From Hemiscyllium ocellatum (taxonomy: Eukaryota), in contig NW_026867509.1 of NCBI RefSeq assembly GCF_020745735.1, positions 1,178,001 through 1,242,000 of the forward strand: a DNA stretch of 64,000 nt. The letters are read 5' to 3'. This document shows positions 49,141 to 61,600 of this stretch, in pieces. How positions within the stretch are numbered: position 1 is the stretch's first letter; every line of letters begins with the position of its first letter. A program made the position numbers and the translations under genes. The notes beneath the pieces are model-generated. The model was not told where the DNA came from. It did not search any database and saw only the letters and a program-made list of their open reading frames with translations.

Positions 49141-50799
49141 CTCCTGTAATAGGGCAAGGTGAGTGGAATCGGGTAGATGGTAATTGTGTGCAAACTACTG
49201 AGAAGACTAGGAATTCCAAAATTATCTTTTAAAAAGCATTGATTTGAAATGTATGCAAATATTTAACAATCAGAGAGTGACAGGTGCAGCATGGGGGAAG
49301 CTTCTTCTGCTCCATTTATATCAAATACATTCTGTACATGATGCACATTTGTTATTAAATGATTTTTAATAATTTACGAACAAAAACCTTTGTAACAAAA
49401 CAACTTCCTGAAATATCGAAACTGACACTGTTTTCCAGTCGTGAAAGAATATGTAACTGCAACACGATTGCACTGCAGTATGGGTTAACAAAATCTCAAA
49501 ATAAATGCTTTTTATTCACGTCCTGCTGAGTTCTCATTTCCAAAAGCACTTCTCATGTTTTAAAGCACCAACGCTTTTTTTTCAGTTTGACTTTTACATT
49601 CAGTCAATATTAAGAAAACAAGACAAAATGTGTTTTTCCTCTCGGATTATTACCATTGTGGATGCTGCTCCTTTCTCAAGTTTAGGTTGTCATTTTTTTA
49701 TTATTACAGGGTTCAAAAAACATTTCGATTCCGGTTTGTTTGTTTTGTATGGGATCTAGGGCCAATTTGGTTATATCTAACAAATACTGACTGAGATAAA
49801 AGACTTTCAAGTTTTTTGTTAAAACTAGTATTTGTACAATGAAAGGATATAGCCAGTTCTCTCACCTCTGCTTTACTGGTTTCTGCAGTCTGGCTGTTCA
49901 GAGCTGCTGGTCAGTTTAAACCGGGGAATCCAAAGGAACAGCAACAATACATCAAAGTTTCATGATAAATATCTGTGCGTTCTCCCTCTCTTGTAAGAAT
50001 CTATGTCTTATTTTACTGTTTTCCCAAGAGGGTGTTTGTGGCGACTGCATTTGTAACAGGATGATTAAGTTGGCATTGTCTGCTGAGATTTCGGAGAGTT
50101 TAAATCATTCGGTTCTCTTTTGTTTGTGTTTCATAAATAAATTCTGTTCTGTTTAAAACCCGAGGGATTTTGATCACCTGCGTCACTCCTGGAATATCCA
50201 TTTGTACATCTGCTCAAAATAACTAGAAAAGTTAGAATATGGGCTCCCTTGAAATCCCGGGAGGGATTTGGCCGGGGCCATTACACATGAACATCACGGT
50301 TCATTAAATTCTTATAATATCCCGCATATACCCCCCCACCACCCCCTATTTACTTTGTTGTATTGTGGCTTCTTAGTTTTTAAAGTGTTAATGTTTAATG
50401 TAAGGAAGTGATTAATCAGGGTAATGTAACTTTTAGGGATTTCTTGGGTTGCCCTCTGTACTGTACTCCCGGAATTCAAATCGAAAATTATTTGATCTAT
50501 TTATTTTCAACACAGTGTATATGGTCCGGATTAGTGACATATCAGTTGCAGATTTTATTTACTCAGTGAACAGAAGTGGTTAATTCCCACAGAGTCCCAA
50601 ATAACCAACAATAAATTCGGCATTCACACGGCCAGTACAAATACTTGAATCAGGATTTGTTGTGCAGCATGTTAAATGCTGTTTATGTGATTGTCCTCCG
50701 GAAGTTTTCCTTCATATCAATGTTCTGAAGTGCCAGTATCTGACACGTTCTTATGAACAGCTCTCAACAGGCAGCAGCTGTGACCCAGAAACCTGCAGC

Positions 50800-50838
50800 A
50801 GTTATTACACGTGGCTCTTGCTCAGACGCTTCACTGTA
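50800..50838 (-). other. 23-bp-spacer RSS of V6 (heptamer C1>T)
   Basis: Minus strand TACAGTG + AAGCGTCTGAGCAAGAGCCACGT (23 nt) + GTAATAACT. Confidence 0.7.
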
Positions 50839-51128
50839 AGACGCATTGCTCATTAATTGACGGTAGTGTCCGGTGCCAAAAGCTCAGAGAGAGTTAATTA
50901 GCACGAATAGTACAACTGTTGGACAGCATCAGAAAACCAGATCTGAGCGAAATCCACCTTCACGTCAGCACGAATGGACAGTGACCTCCGGCAGTCTGGC
51001 TGGGTTCTGAAGGTACCAGAGTAAGTAATAACCATAGCCAGTGTGGTTGCAGCTTAAAGTGGCATTTTCTCCCTCTGTCTATGCGAGTGAGGACACCCGC
51101 TGTATCACAGAAACTCCATGGTTGAAAT
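50839..51128 (-). pseudogene. TCR alpha-like V pseudogene (V6)
   Basis: Acceptor GTGTCAG; DFNHGVSVIQRVSSLA*TEGENATLSCNHTGYGYYLLWYLQNPARLPE.., then after a frameshift LTLSELLAPDTTVN**AMR. Confidence 0.88.
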
Positions 51129-51284
51129 CTGACACACCAGGTGAGAGGAATGGAAATCACTAATTGAATGAACCTGTGGAAGCCATTTTCTTTACTATGG
51201 CTTCCCACCAGGTGAATGAACCATTTTGCTTAAGTGCCGCTCACTCCAGCAGAACAATTTACCCGGTATTTTAGCTGTAGCTTC

Positions 51285-51981
51285 ATGTTCTTGCAACGTT
51301 CTTGTAATTGTAATTGTTCTATGTGGCTGATGGTGGCCTTCACTGTTGAACGTTATGTGGATATTTGCTGCCAGAAACTGAAGACCGGATACTGCACGGT
51401 GAAAACTGCACTGCTAGCCAAATGAATAGTTAGTCAACTGAGCAGCATCAAGGAAGTTCATTTCTAACACAATTCCAGACTCTTAAACATCCTGAATATC
51501 ATGCCTGATTCTCTGGTATCGGGTCTAGTTTTTACACGTCACGTGCCTGGCAGGGCGACCACATTTCTACACCATTTCTGTCATTCCTTCTCATTCTGTC
51601 CTCCAATGATGTGATCGTCAAACATATCATTGCAGTCAGCCAAGCCCGAAGGAGATGTTTCTGAAATGATAACCACAAAGACCCGGAGCTGTGCAACCAC
51701 AAGTTATCAATTTTTCTGTACTTCGTTATCTCTCTAAGCTTCCTCACTCCGTAGATCAGTTTTGCTGGAAATAATCGGTACGTACATATTCCAGATGAAC
51801 TCAACATAAATGGTCTGGATTTCAATGACCGCAGTAAATCCTTTCAGAGAAGATGAATATCTTCCCAGCACACAGCTCCTGCAATAGTGTCTAATTGATA
51901 ATCAAGAAAAGGTTCAGAGCGGAGTCGAGAAAACTGATATTCAGTTCTAATGTCACCGTCAATTCTTCCATGAAACTATGA
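51285..51981 (+). pseudogene. 5-prime-truncated copy of the GPR139-like pseudogene at 12697-13578
   Basis: CSMWLMVAFTVERYVDICCQKLKTGYCTVKTALLAK*; TM1-TM2 part absent upstream of 51285. Confidence 0.85.
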
Positions 51982-52610
51982 GAAATAAATAACATTTTCA
52001 AATAACTTCATTGTTCTCTCCTTCTTTATGCTGTTTGTTCTCGATCCGGGTGGCTCACCTGAAATTTATTTTGTTCACGTGACTTATAATGTGGAATTTC
52101 AAATCTCACTTTAAAGATATAAAATCAATAATTCAACCACTTACCCAACAATACAATGCCGATAGCCAATGCAGCACGGACATGACGTTGTTGGAAATAT
52201 AATCTCTTCAAACGAGACTGAGGTCCATATTGACTTTCGCATCACTTCGAGGGAATGTCTTAAATGTGCAACGTAAGGAGGTTTGCAAGATGTGGACCGA
52301 TATTATTTCACAATTGTCACTGCAGAAGTCGGTTGACTACTCTTTGAACGAAATAGAATGTGGATGAAAAAGAGAAGTCGTTTGCTCTTAAAGAAATCAA
52401 TATTCGCATCAAATCTGCTGCCTTACTGAAGGCTGGAGTAGTGTAGTAAATATTTTCTGAAGGTCATTTATAATCGTATTAAATGAAAATTCTGTGATCG
52501 TGTTTTGTAATGATAACTATATTACTTACCAGTTTCACAGCAAACTATTCATCCAGTTATTGTTTCACGAGATCACAAGAAACATGTGGGTAGTTAGAAA
52601 AAGTGTAAAC

Positions 52611-52930
52611 ACAGTACAGCGACTCATTGCCTAAGTGGTGAGTGATACGGGTGCACGGGTTTGATTATACCATCGAGCTACTGCCTGTGTGGAATATTCA
52701 CGTTCTCCCCGTATCTGTGTGGGTTTCGTCCAGGTGCACCGGTTTACTCCCACAGTCCAAAGATGTTCAGTTGAGGTGAATGAGACCATAGTGGTCAGTG
52801 GTGTGCAGATTCGGTGCACTAGTCAGGGGAAATACAGAGTAGGGGAATGTTACTGGGTGAGTTACTCTTCGCAGTGTCGCTATAGATTTGTTGGGCCTAC
52901 TACCATCTTTTCACACTACACGGGATCTAT
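52611..52930 (+). mobile_element. Degenerate HE1-like SINE
   Basis: TTCTCCCCGTATCTGTGTGGGTTTCGTCCAGGTGCACCGGTTTACTCCCACAGTCCAAAGATG core. Confidence 0.75.
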
Positions 52931-53499
52931 GAAATCCCTGACTAAAAATGACACTTTCAGGTGTGACTGAAGTGCCAGGAAATGAAATCACTGCAGAACA
53001 TGGAAATGTTACTCCTTTATGTACTCAATGAGGCATGTTTATATACTTAGTGCAGTTCTTGAATTGCACCACAAAATATCGTGCAATTTAGCAAAGGATG
53101 CTGAGGTAGTGATATGCCACTGGATTAGTAACATTTCAGCAGGGTGGGTTAAAATAGCAAATGGCAAAACATTGAAATCGGGGATAAACAAAGTTTAGTC
53201 TAATGATAGCCAAATAAGCACTACTTTTTGTTAATTAAATAACAAAAAAGACACATCCAATTTAGTAAAGTCCTTTAGGGGAAGAATTATCTGCTCTTTC
53301 CCAATCTGGCCAAGTCTTAATTTACTTTCTCCAGTGTAGGATAGGCTATTATTGATACAGACCAAGTATCAAGTATGAGACCAAGTCTTAATTTGCTTTC
53401 TCCAATGTAGGATAGGCTATACTTGATATCGAAAATACAATAGATTGGAGCAATTACAGTTGAAATCATGCTTCAACCATTGCGTGTGGAACAGGGAGG

Positions 53500-54130
53500 A
53501 GGTGAGGGGGTAGTTGCAGCAATTTTTGCTCTTACATGGGATGTGGGGTTGGTGTTATTGGTCAGGGAGTGGTCTCGGGTGCCCCTGCGAAATGCAGAGG
53601 GGGGAATTGAACGAATGATGCGTTTTTCTGGGTGTTCTGATGCAGTTGTCTGTAATCACGGAGAATAATCCGTTGAATGAAGACACTTATGGGATGAAAA
53701 TTGAGAACAAGGGGTGTGCTTTTGACGGCCCTGTTAAACATAGTAGCCTGGAATCCACAGTTATGAAAGAAGAAATCCATGTTAATAAGAGAGAACGCTC
53801 TGTCAATAGAAGGGGAGTTCTGGTGAATGGGGATTGTTTATTCCTCTCGAGCACTAAGAATCTGGAAGCTCTCAGTCCATCCTGGTGGGGAAATGAAGGT
53901 GTAGAGGGGAAGAACAACGTGAACAAAAGGCAGCTATGACAGGGAAATAGGACGTGACAAAATGGCCAAGGGCATCAAATCAATCATGGATGCAGGTAGT
54001 CAGGGTCCAAACATGCGAGAGAGGATGGAGTCAAGGTAGGAGGAATTAGTTCTGTGGGGCAGGAACAAGCTGGTACAATGGGCCAACAGTGGCAGTCTTG
54101 TTTATGGAATTTGGTGCGGAGTTGGGGTTG
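53500..54130 (-). mobile_element. Penelope-like element RT fragment (longer than in copy 1)
   Basis: Minus ORF ..FPHQDGLRASRFLVLERNKQSPFTRTPLLLTERSLL.. Confidence 0.75.
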
Positions 54131-54556
54131 GATTACAGCATGAAAAATTAAAATGTTTCGCAGTCAATATAATGTGTAAACTAATATGGCAAGTAAATTC
54201 ACATCATATTTGAGAAATGGCAATGAGGGAAGACGCAATTTTCCAATATCGATACAATCACGACTTAGCATATTCAATTGGAACTTTCAAAATAATTGTA
54301 AATGGCAAAGCGGAATGGCAGAGTTCAATTCAGTCGTTTGGCAAAAAGTGAAATGAGGTCATGAACATTTTCGATGTTGCAAATGGAAGACATGGAAACT
54401 TCAGTTAATTAGGTTGTTCATTGAAATGTAGCTAAACTGCTTGTTGTTCACGAATTGTCCCTTTGGAGACTCATGCTCAAAATAAATGAGGCAAGATTTG
54501 AAATTGGCAGAAACTGCAACTACAGATTCGGGAACGTCCTTAACTTCTGAAAGACG

Positions 54557-54626
54557 ATGCATGAGCCAGTCATTGCCCCTTTCTTTGCCATTTGTTATCC
54601 CCTTCTCACTGTGATTGGTGCCCTTG
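54557..54626 (+). CDS. GPR139/142-like GPCR copy B, exon 1
   Basis: MHEPVIAPFFAICYPLLTVIGAL, 70 nt, donor G/GTAAGC. Confidence 0.85.
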
Positions 54627-56153
54627 GTAAGCCTTCAATCACAGATAAGTTATCGTTTATGTCTGTAAATCACCGAATGTGTTCTATGTTATCTTTTGTG
54701 GTGGGTTACATTATTGTGTAACTTTCAGCGCTCTTTGAGTGTTAGGAGCTAGCACCTGCCTATAGTATGCATAGGTGCATTATATGTTACAAAGCTTTAT
54801 GCTGAATATGCATAGAAATTGTAATTTCATTGTGCAACAGTGCATGATATTAATTAATGTTTCATAAGCAATTTCTAGAAATTCCATTTCCTATGTTATT
54901 GAAATTTACGTTGTAATACATGTTTTTGCATGAATATTAAACTGCAAAGTTGTTAAAAGTCAAGTTAAATTCCAATGTGGTAACATACGAGGTGCTTTTC
55001 GTGTTTTCTGGAGAAATTACTATCTTAGGTTCGTAAATCACGAATCAAAATGCATTATTAGAACGAAATTGTTGTAGTGGACGAGCTCAAATTAAACCTA
55101 TATTTAATGATCACAGTAATTTTTATTGCAGGACGGATTACAAACTAATACGTTTCTGATTTGTAGTGTCATCAATATTATGTCAGAAAGTGTTTTGGGA
55201 TTTGTATGCAAATTATGAGTGTTCGTAAGAGATTTTAATTTGTTATGGAATCTGTTTATGTCATTAGGAGATATTTGCCCATATTTGCATTTCGTAAAGG
55301 AATGTGGCATTAAAAACAAGAAAAATCTAATGATGACAATGAAATTAATGTGGTGTGTACCAAATACCATCTTCAGTCATGCGCCTTGAAAGAGCAAAAG
55401 TTACTATTGTTACCGAGTCTTGTCCATATGTGGCAGCAGACAGGCAGAAATCTGGTTGATGATAAACTGATGTTTGAAATAGCCGAGCAAGCCATGATTT
55501 GGAGAGAAAAGGAATAAGGTACACATGCTGGTGCAACTGTGGACAATAAGTTAGATGATAATGAACAACTTCAAGAAAAAAAGAGAAAGATAAACAATGA
55601 GGGGTGACATTGAAGACGGTTTCCAGAGATTGCTACGTATATAGATAAACATATAACCACTGATAGGTTGATTGAGAGGTATGAAACGAGATATTGTCGA
55701 ATTGCAGATAAATTGAACTTTTACGGTGTGAGGAGTGATCCTACTTCTGGCTGTAACTGAAAATTTAAAGCTTGGGGTTATTAAAATCCGGCACTGCCAG
55801 ACAGGAAACAAATATATTGCCTTGAAAAGATGGATGATATTATTAATAAAGATTTGGATAAGACAAAAATATTTTGTGTTTGATTAAACTGGTGAGCTTC
55901 GCAATGATTTGACTCAGTGGAAAGAGAACTGAATTTGCACTCTACCCGACTGGACTGAAGAACGTAAGTACAAATGATTAATTCATGACTGAATGTTGAA
56001 TAAAATCAACAACTTTGTAGTAGTAGGACTCATGATGTAATAAAAGGATGTACGAAGATGGTGAGCTGAGGTTTTCAGTCACGAAATAGATAGGGTAATT
56101 AACTGGTGATTGGGATTCATTCTGTCATATATCTATCTCTACTATCCTTATAG

Positions 56154-57052
56154 CAAACTTGTTGGCGATTGTGGTCCTGTGTCAAAGAAAATGTGGGCTG
56201 TCTCTCTGCATCACATTTTACCTGGTGGCAATCACAATAGCGGACTTCCTTGTCGTTATGGCTGGCTGTGTGCTAAACCGTATTGGTGGTATCGACTTCA
56301 GAAACAGTATCCTGTCAACGACCCCTGCGTGTACAGTCACCAGTGTGATGGTCTATGCTACACGAGATGGCTCTGTCTGGCTGACAGTGGCGTTCACCAT
56401 TGACCGTTTTGTGGCAATCAGCTATCAGAAGCTGAAGATCAGATACTGCAACAAGAAAACTGCAACTCTGGTAATAGGAACGATTTGTTCTCTGAGCTGT
56501 GTCAAGAATGTCCCTTTCTACTTAGTCTCTCAGCCGCTGTACATTGTGGACGGGGTGCCCTGGTTCTGTGACATTAAACCAATCTATTATACTTCGGCCT
56601 TCTGGAAGGTCTACGACAAGTTAGATCAGATTTTAACACCACTTCTCCCTTTTCTTCTCATTCTGCTTCTCAACACATTAACTGTAATACACATCTTAGA
56701 AGCTAGCAGAGCCCGCAAAAGACTTTGGGGTGAAGGTGACCGTGCAGACCCTGAGATGGCCAATCGCAAAAGATCCATTGTCTTGCTCTTTGCCATCTCG
56801 ATCAGTTTCCTCCTCCTTTGGTCCACTTATGTTGGACGTTACCTTTACGTGCAATTGGTAGGTGAAGGTTACTTCAACGGCTTGGATTCCAGTAACCCTG
56901 ATATTATTCTTCAAGAAACGACCAACATGCTACAGATACTTAGTTCCTGCAATAATGTCTTCATTTATGTGGTTTCCCAGACCAAATTTAGAGAAGAGAT
57001 GAAAAAGCTGCTCATGTGTCCTTTCAGTACTATCACTAATTTTACATGGTGA
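56154..57052 (+). CDS. GPR139/142-like rhodopsin-class GPCR copy B, exon 2 (322 aa spliced)
   Basis: Acceptor TCCTTATAG; intact 899-nt exon, DRF motif; 21 aa differences from copy A in this exon. Confidence 0.92.
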
Positions 57053-59699
57053 AACCTTTCAAGGCTAACAAAATAGAGACATTTCCCGATGCCTTTTCTC
57101 TTTCATCAAAGAGGCACAGTTCATCATGATATCTCTCAAACGAGAATAAGAAAGGATCCTGGGCAGGCTCTTGTACTCATTAACTTTGAGCTCTGATTTT
57201 TACTATTCCAACGATTGAAATCTTCTGAAGTTGTAGAGGTTTTAGATGTGATAATAATCCACAGTTTGCGTCTCTGAACACAACTTGAGGACTCCAAGTG
57301 TTGTCAGGCAGTGCTTTATAATCTATCTACGTATGTATGTATGCATGTATCTACTTATCTATCTTAATTTATCTACCTATTACATAAATATATATATGTA
57401 TTCGTTCATTTTTTTTTGGTTAACCGATTAATTAATGTATTAGTATTTATGCATGTTCCTTTATCCATTTATTTTTCAATGGTTTTGGAACTATGGCTAC
57501 TATGTATTTGAACATCTGGAACATTATTAAGAAGAAGACATCAAAAAGTTGGTTCAAGCGTTTCAATTTGCCTCATCAATGATTCATTCAGATGTATTGA
57601 TGTCTGTTTACGTGCTCTGCAATCAGCATTAGTTTGAAAAATCCAGGAACTGTTAGTCAATTAACAATATCAAACGTAGATCTTGCTTTTTCTGCCTTAC
57701 CTTTGCAGCTGTAACAATGATTCCTCGTTCTTTTCAATCACACTATGTGAGTCGTATGTTGTGATCTGCCTCCATTGCATGCAAAACCAAATTTTTCCAT
57801 TATTTTAGTAGATATGATAATAATAAATTAATTCAAATCAAGCATCAGCAGTCTCTTCCCAATTGCATCATAATCACTCAAATTCATTTCAACTCTTTCC
57901 GTGAATTAGGTGTTATTTACATCTTTGTTATTTTGTTTCAAACTAATTTAGATTTGATGCTTTTCTTTTCTCTCGAGTGTGTGTGAGGTCAACAGAAGTG
58001 GCACTTCAAATTCATGTCTACATCTGAAACTAACAGATTGCTATTTTGCTCCTCTATCGATATGAAAATCTCGTGGTCAATTTGATTTGCTGAGTTTTAG
58101 AAACTCATGAATCAACTCCAAATCTGTTGCCGTTGATTTGATTTTCTTTCCATGTAAGTCATAATTATAAATAGGAACATTTGGCCCACTAAATTAACGT
58201 TTCAAGTGTGATTTGACTCCCTTCAGAACTGTTTTGAATGAAAGTACAACTGAACTCAAAAATTAAATTTGTTTCATTCTCTGCAGATGATGTCAGATCT
58301 TTTACTTCTTTGGGGATGTTTCTGTGTTTGTCTTTGATTTCTAGTATCGATTGCATTTTTCTTCCATTTAATTCGTTTTATGTAATAGGTTAAACTTCGG
58401 AACGTTGGTGTGGACTTGTTGGGCTGAATGGCCTGTTTACACGCTGTAGGGTATCTAATAGAATCTAATTCCCCAATTTACATGTCTTCTGATCTCAAGC
58501 TTCAAGAAAATATTCGATACGTTTTAGCATTTATTAAGAAAATAAAAAATCTTTATGATTGATATATGGGATATAAGCTAAAGCAGAAGAGGGTGTACAA
58601 GTCCACATGCTGAGTTATTGTCAAGATCACTCCTTTTTCCGGGGTTACGATTCAGAGCTTGCATCGACTATTTCTGGATAAAATTCCCAGTCAGGAAATT
58701 GAGAGTTATTTCTTTTGTGTGAATTCGTCAAAAGAAATCGAAATGCTGATTACAAATAAAATACAAAAATGCTAATCCGCCAGACTCAGTTCAGTAAGAC
58801 ATTGGTATTGTCTGAATGGAAAATGGCAGTGGATAGATTGGAAAACTGCCACCCACAAACACCCTTGCAAGTCATGTGCCATTCTGAGTTGGAACTTCCT
58901 CTCCGCTCCTTCAGCGTTACTGGATCTAAATCATGCAACTCCCTTCCTACTCTTAACATGGCTATACCGACATCCAAGGTGGTCTAGGATTGGAGAAAGC
59001 AGCTCTTCAGCTCTGCAGTAATTAAGGAAGGGCTATAAATCATGCCCTAATGGGTGACGTCCATTTACCAGGAATCAGTGAGTAAAAGTTGCAGTTTCTA
59101 ATTAGAAAAATGCGGTTGACTGGGAAGAAGTTCAGAGCAGGAGAGAGGGAGTGGAAAAGTAAAAGACAGTGATGACTGGAAGGCACGGGGCAGGAAATGA
59201 CCGTGGAGCTGATGCTGCAAGCCTCAGTGAAGGGTCGGATTTTACTGTCCACTACATACACTGGCTCACATGTTCATTCTGACCAATTAACCACAATTAA
59301 CCGCCCTTTATCGTTAATTTCGCAGTTGAAAATGCAATTTCGAAACCAATGCAAGGGCTGATTATCTCTTTCTGTGATTTTTTCAGTGGAGAATGTTCTG
59401 TTGCGAACGGTCCAATTTTGCAGAAGCAGAAGGTGATTAAAGTTTACGCTGAGCAGCATTGAAGCAAACAAACAGCAGATGAGAGAAGAACTGTGCAGTT
59501 GAGGAAATGGCTTATCCAGTGTGCTCCATTATGCAACCACGGCTGACAAGTTTCTCAACCACATTCTCCACTTTCTCCCTGAACCTTCGATCCTCTTCAT
59601 AATTAAAAACCTAAAGTACTCTTCCTTAAATTACTCAATAACCTGGCCTCCACAGAGTTTTCTAGCAACGAATTCCATAGATTCAGCAAACTCTGGCTG

Positions 59700-61600
59700 A
59701 AGACGTTTCTCCTCATCTCCATCCTGAAGACTCTTGCCTTTACATAAAGACTCCACCCTCGGGTACACGTCTCTTCTGTTCATGGAATCGACTTCCCAAC
59801 ATCCTCAGTGTCCAGGCCGTTCAGTATTCTGTAAGTTTTAATTAGATCCCCACTCGTCCTTATAAATTTCTCGAATAGAGATCCAGAGTTCCTCATATGT
59901 TCAAAGTGACATTCCTGGTTCATTCTCCAGGGCACACTGCACGGCCAGTACTTCCTTCCTGAAATAGGGAACCCATAACTGCTCACAATATTCTAAATGT
60001 GGTCTGACCGGAGTCTTATAAAGCCTTAGGTATATGCGCTGCTCTTATGTTTGTATTCTCTAGAAATAAACGCCAACATTGCATTTTCCCTCCTAACAAC
60101 AAACTCAACGTCCAAGTTTCCCTAAACAGAATCCTGGAATGGGTCTCCCAAGACCCTCTGAATTTCAATTTTCGGAATTTCCACGCCATTTCGAAAATTG
60201 TCTGTGCCTCTATTTTTCCAGCCAAAGTGCGTGACCTCACACTTCTCTGCGTGCGTGCCATCTGCCAGTTCTTTGCCCATTTTACTAACCTGCCTAAATC
60301 CTTACTGCATGCTCACGCAACTCTCTTTGTATCATTTGCAAAATTAGCTAGATTGCCTTCAGTCTCTTCACCCAAATCATTAATGTGTAAAGTGAAAAGC
60401 TGTGGGCCCAACACTGACTCTTGGAGAACATCACTGGTCATTGGCTCCCATTTTTCTTTTATCCCCTGTCTCTGCTATTCGCCAGACAGCCACTCTTCTA
60501 TACATGCTATTAACCAGCCTGTAACATTTATTTCTAGAGAATGCAAACATAAGAGCAGTGCGTATATCTAAGGCTTTATAAGACTTCGGTCAGACCGCAT
60601 TTAGAATATGGTCTCTTATCTTATTCAATAGCCTCCTGTGTGGCACCTTTTCGGAGGCCTCCTTGAATTCTAATTAGATACCATTAATTTTCTCTCGGTG
60701 TTAAACTTGTTCCTTACAATTTCAAAAGAATTTAACGATTTGTCAGGCATGGCCTGCCGTTGATGAAACCATTTTGATTTTTGCCCAATTTTACCATGCA
60801 CTTCTAAATATTCAGAAATGCCATCCTTCAAAATGGACCCTAAAATGTGGCCAAAGGTGTCAGGCTACTCAACCTGTAATTTCTCATCTCTTGCCTTACG
60901 CCCTTCTTAAACACAGAAGTTACATTTGGGATTTTGGAGTCCTCTGGAACCTTCCCTTTTTCTAGTGATTCCTGAAAGATCATTCCTAACGTCTCTATTC
61001 CCTTTTCAGCTCTCTCCATCAGAATTCCTTCTTTAGTCCACCAGGTCCAGGTAATTTATCCATCTCCAGGATTTTCTCACATCTGTTCCGTGGATATGCC
61101 TACCATATACACTTCTGCCTGTTGGCACTCTTGGATTATTGAGATTTTCCTTCTGTCTTCCACCGTGAAGACCAATGCAAAGTAATTCTTTAGGTTCTCC
61201 CCCATTTCTTCTTTCCCATTACTCCTTCTCTGGCTACATTTTACAGCAGCACGTTAGCTACTCTTGCCTCACTTTTGTCCTTTATACATTTAAGAACATT
61301 CTTGATTTCTTCTATATTACTGGCTAGCCTAACTCATATTTAATCTTCTCCCTCCTTTTTTCAATTTTCGGTGTCTTCTGATGGTTACTTTAGACGTCCC
61401 AATCCTCTGGTTTCCCACTGAGTTTCGCTCCCTTATACGATTTCTCCTTTGATTGTATGCCTCACTTCCCTTGTCAGTCACGGTTGCTTCGTCCTCCCTT
61501 TCCCTTAGTTTTTCTCGAAACGAATTTTTGAATTATTCCCACAAAACCTGCCATTGCTGTTCCGCTGTCTTTCCTGTTAGTCTCCTCTCCCAGTCAGTTA
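59700..61600 (-). mobile_element. Fragmented CR1-like LINE ORF2 (duplicate of 19870-21700)
   Basis: GDLIKTYRILNGLDTEDVGK and neighbouring segments colinear with copy 1. Confidence 0.85.

Noticed and set aside
49760-50285. Solo LTRs here and at about 25127-25430
   Set aside because: LTR-like composition, but I could not define paired termini or a TSD.
33789-50517. Isolated CACAGTG heptamers at 33789, 39438 and 50511
   Set aside because: No nonamer at 12 or 23 nt and no adjacent V, D or J coding sequence.
60047-60571. 174-aa plus-strand ORF
   Set aside because: Antisense to a CR1 fragment; the paralog in copy 1 is interrupted.
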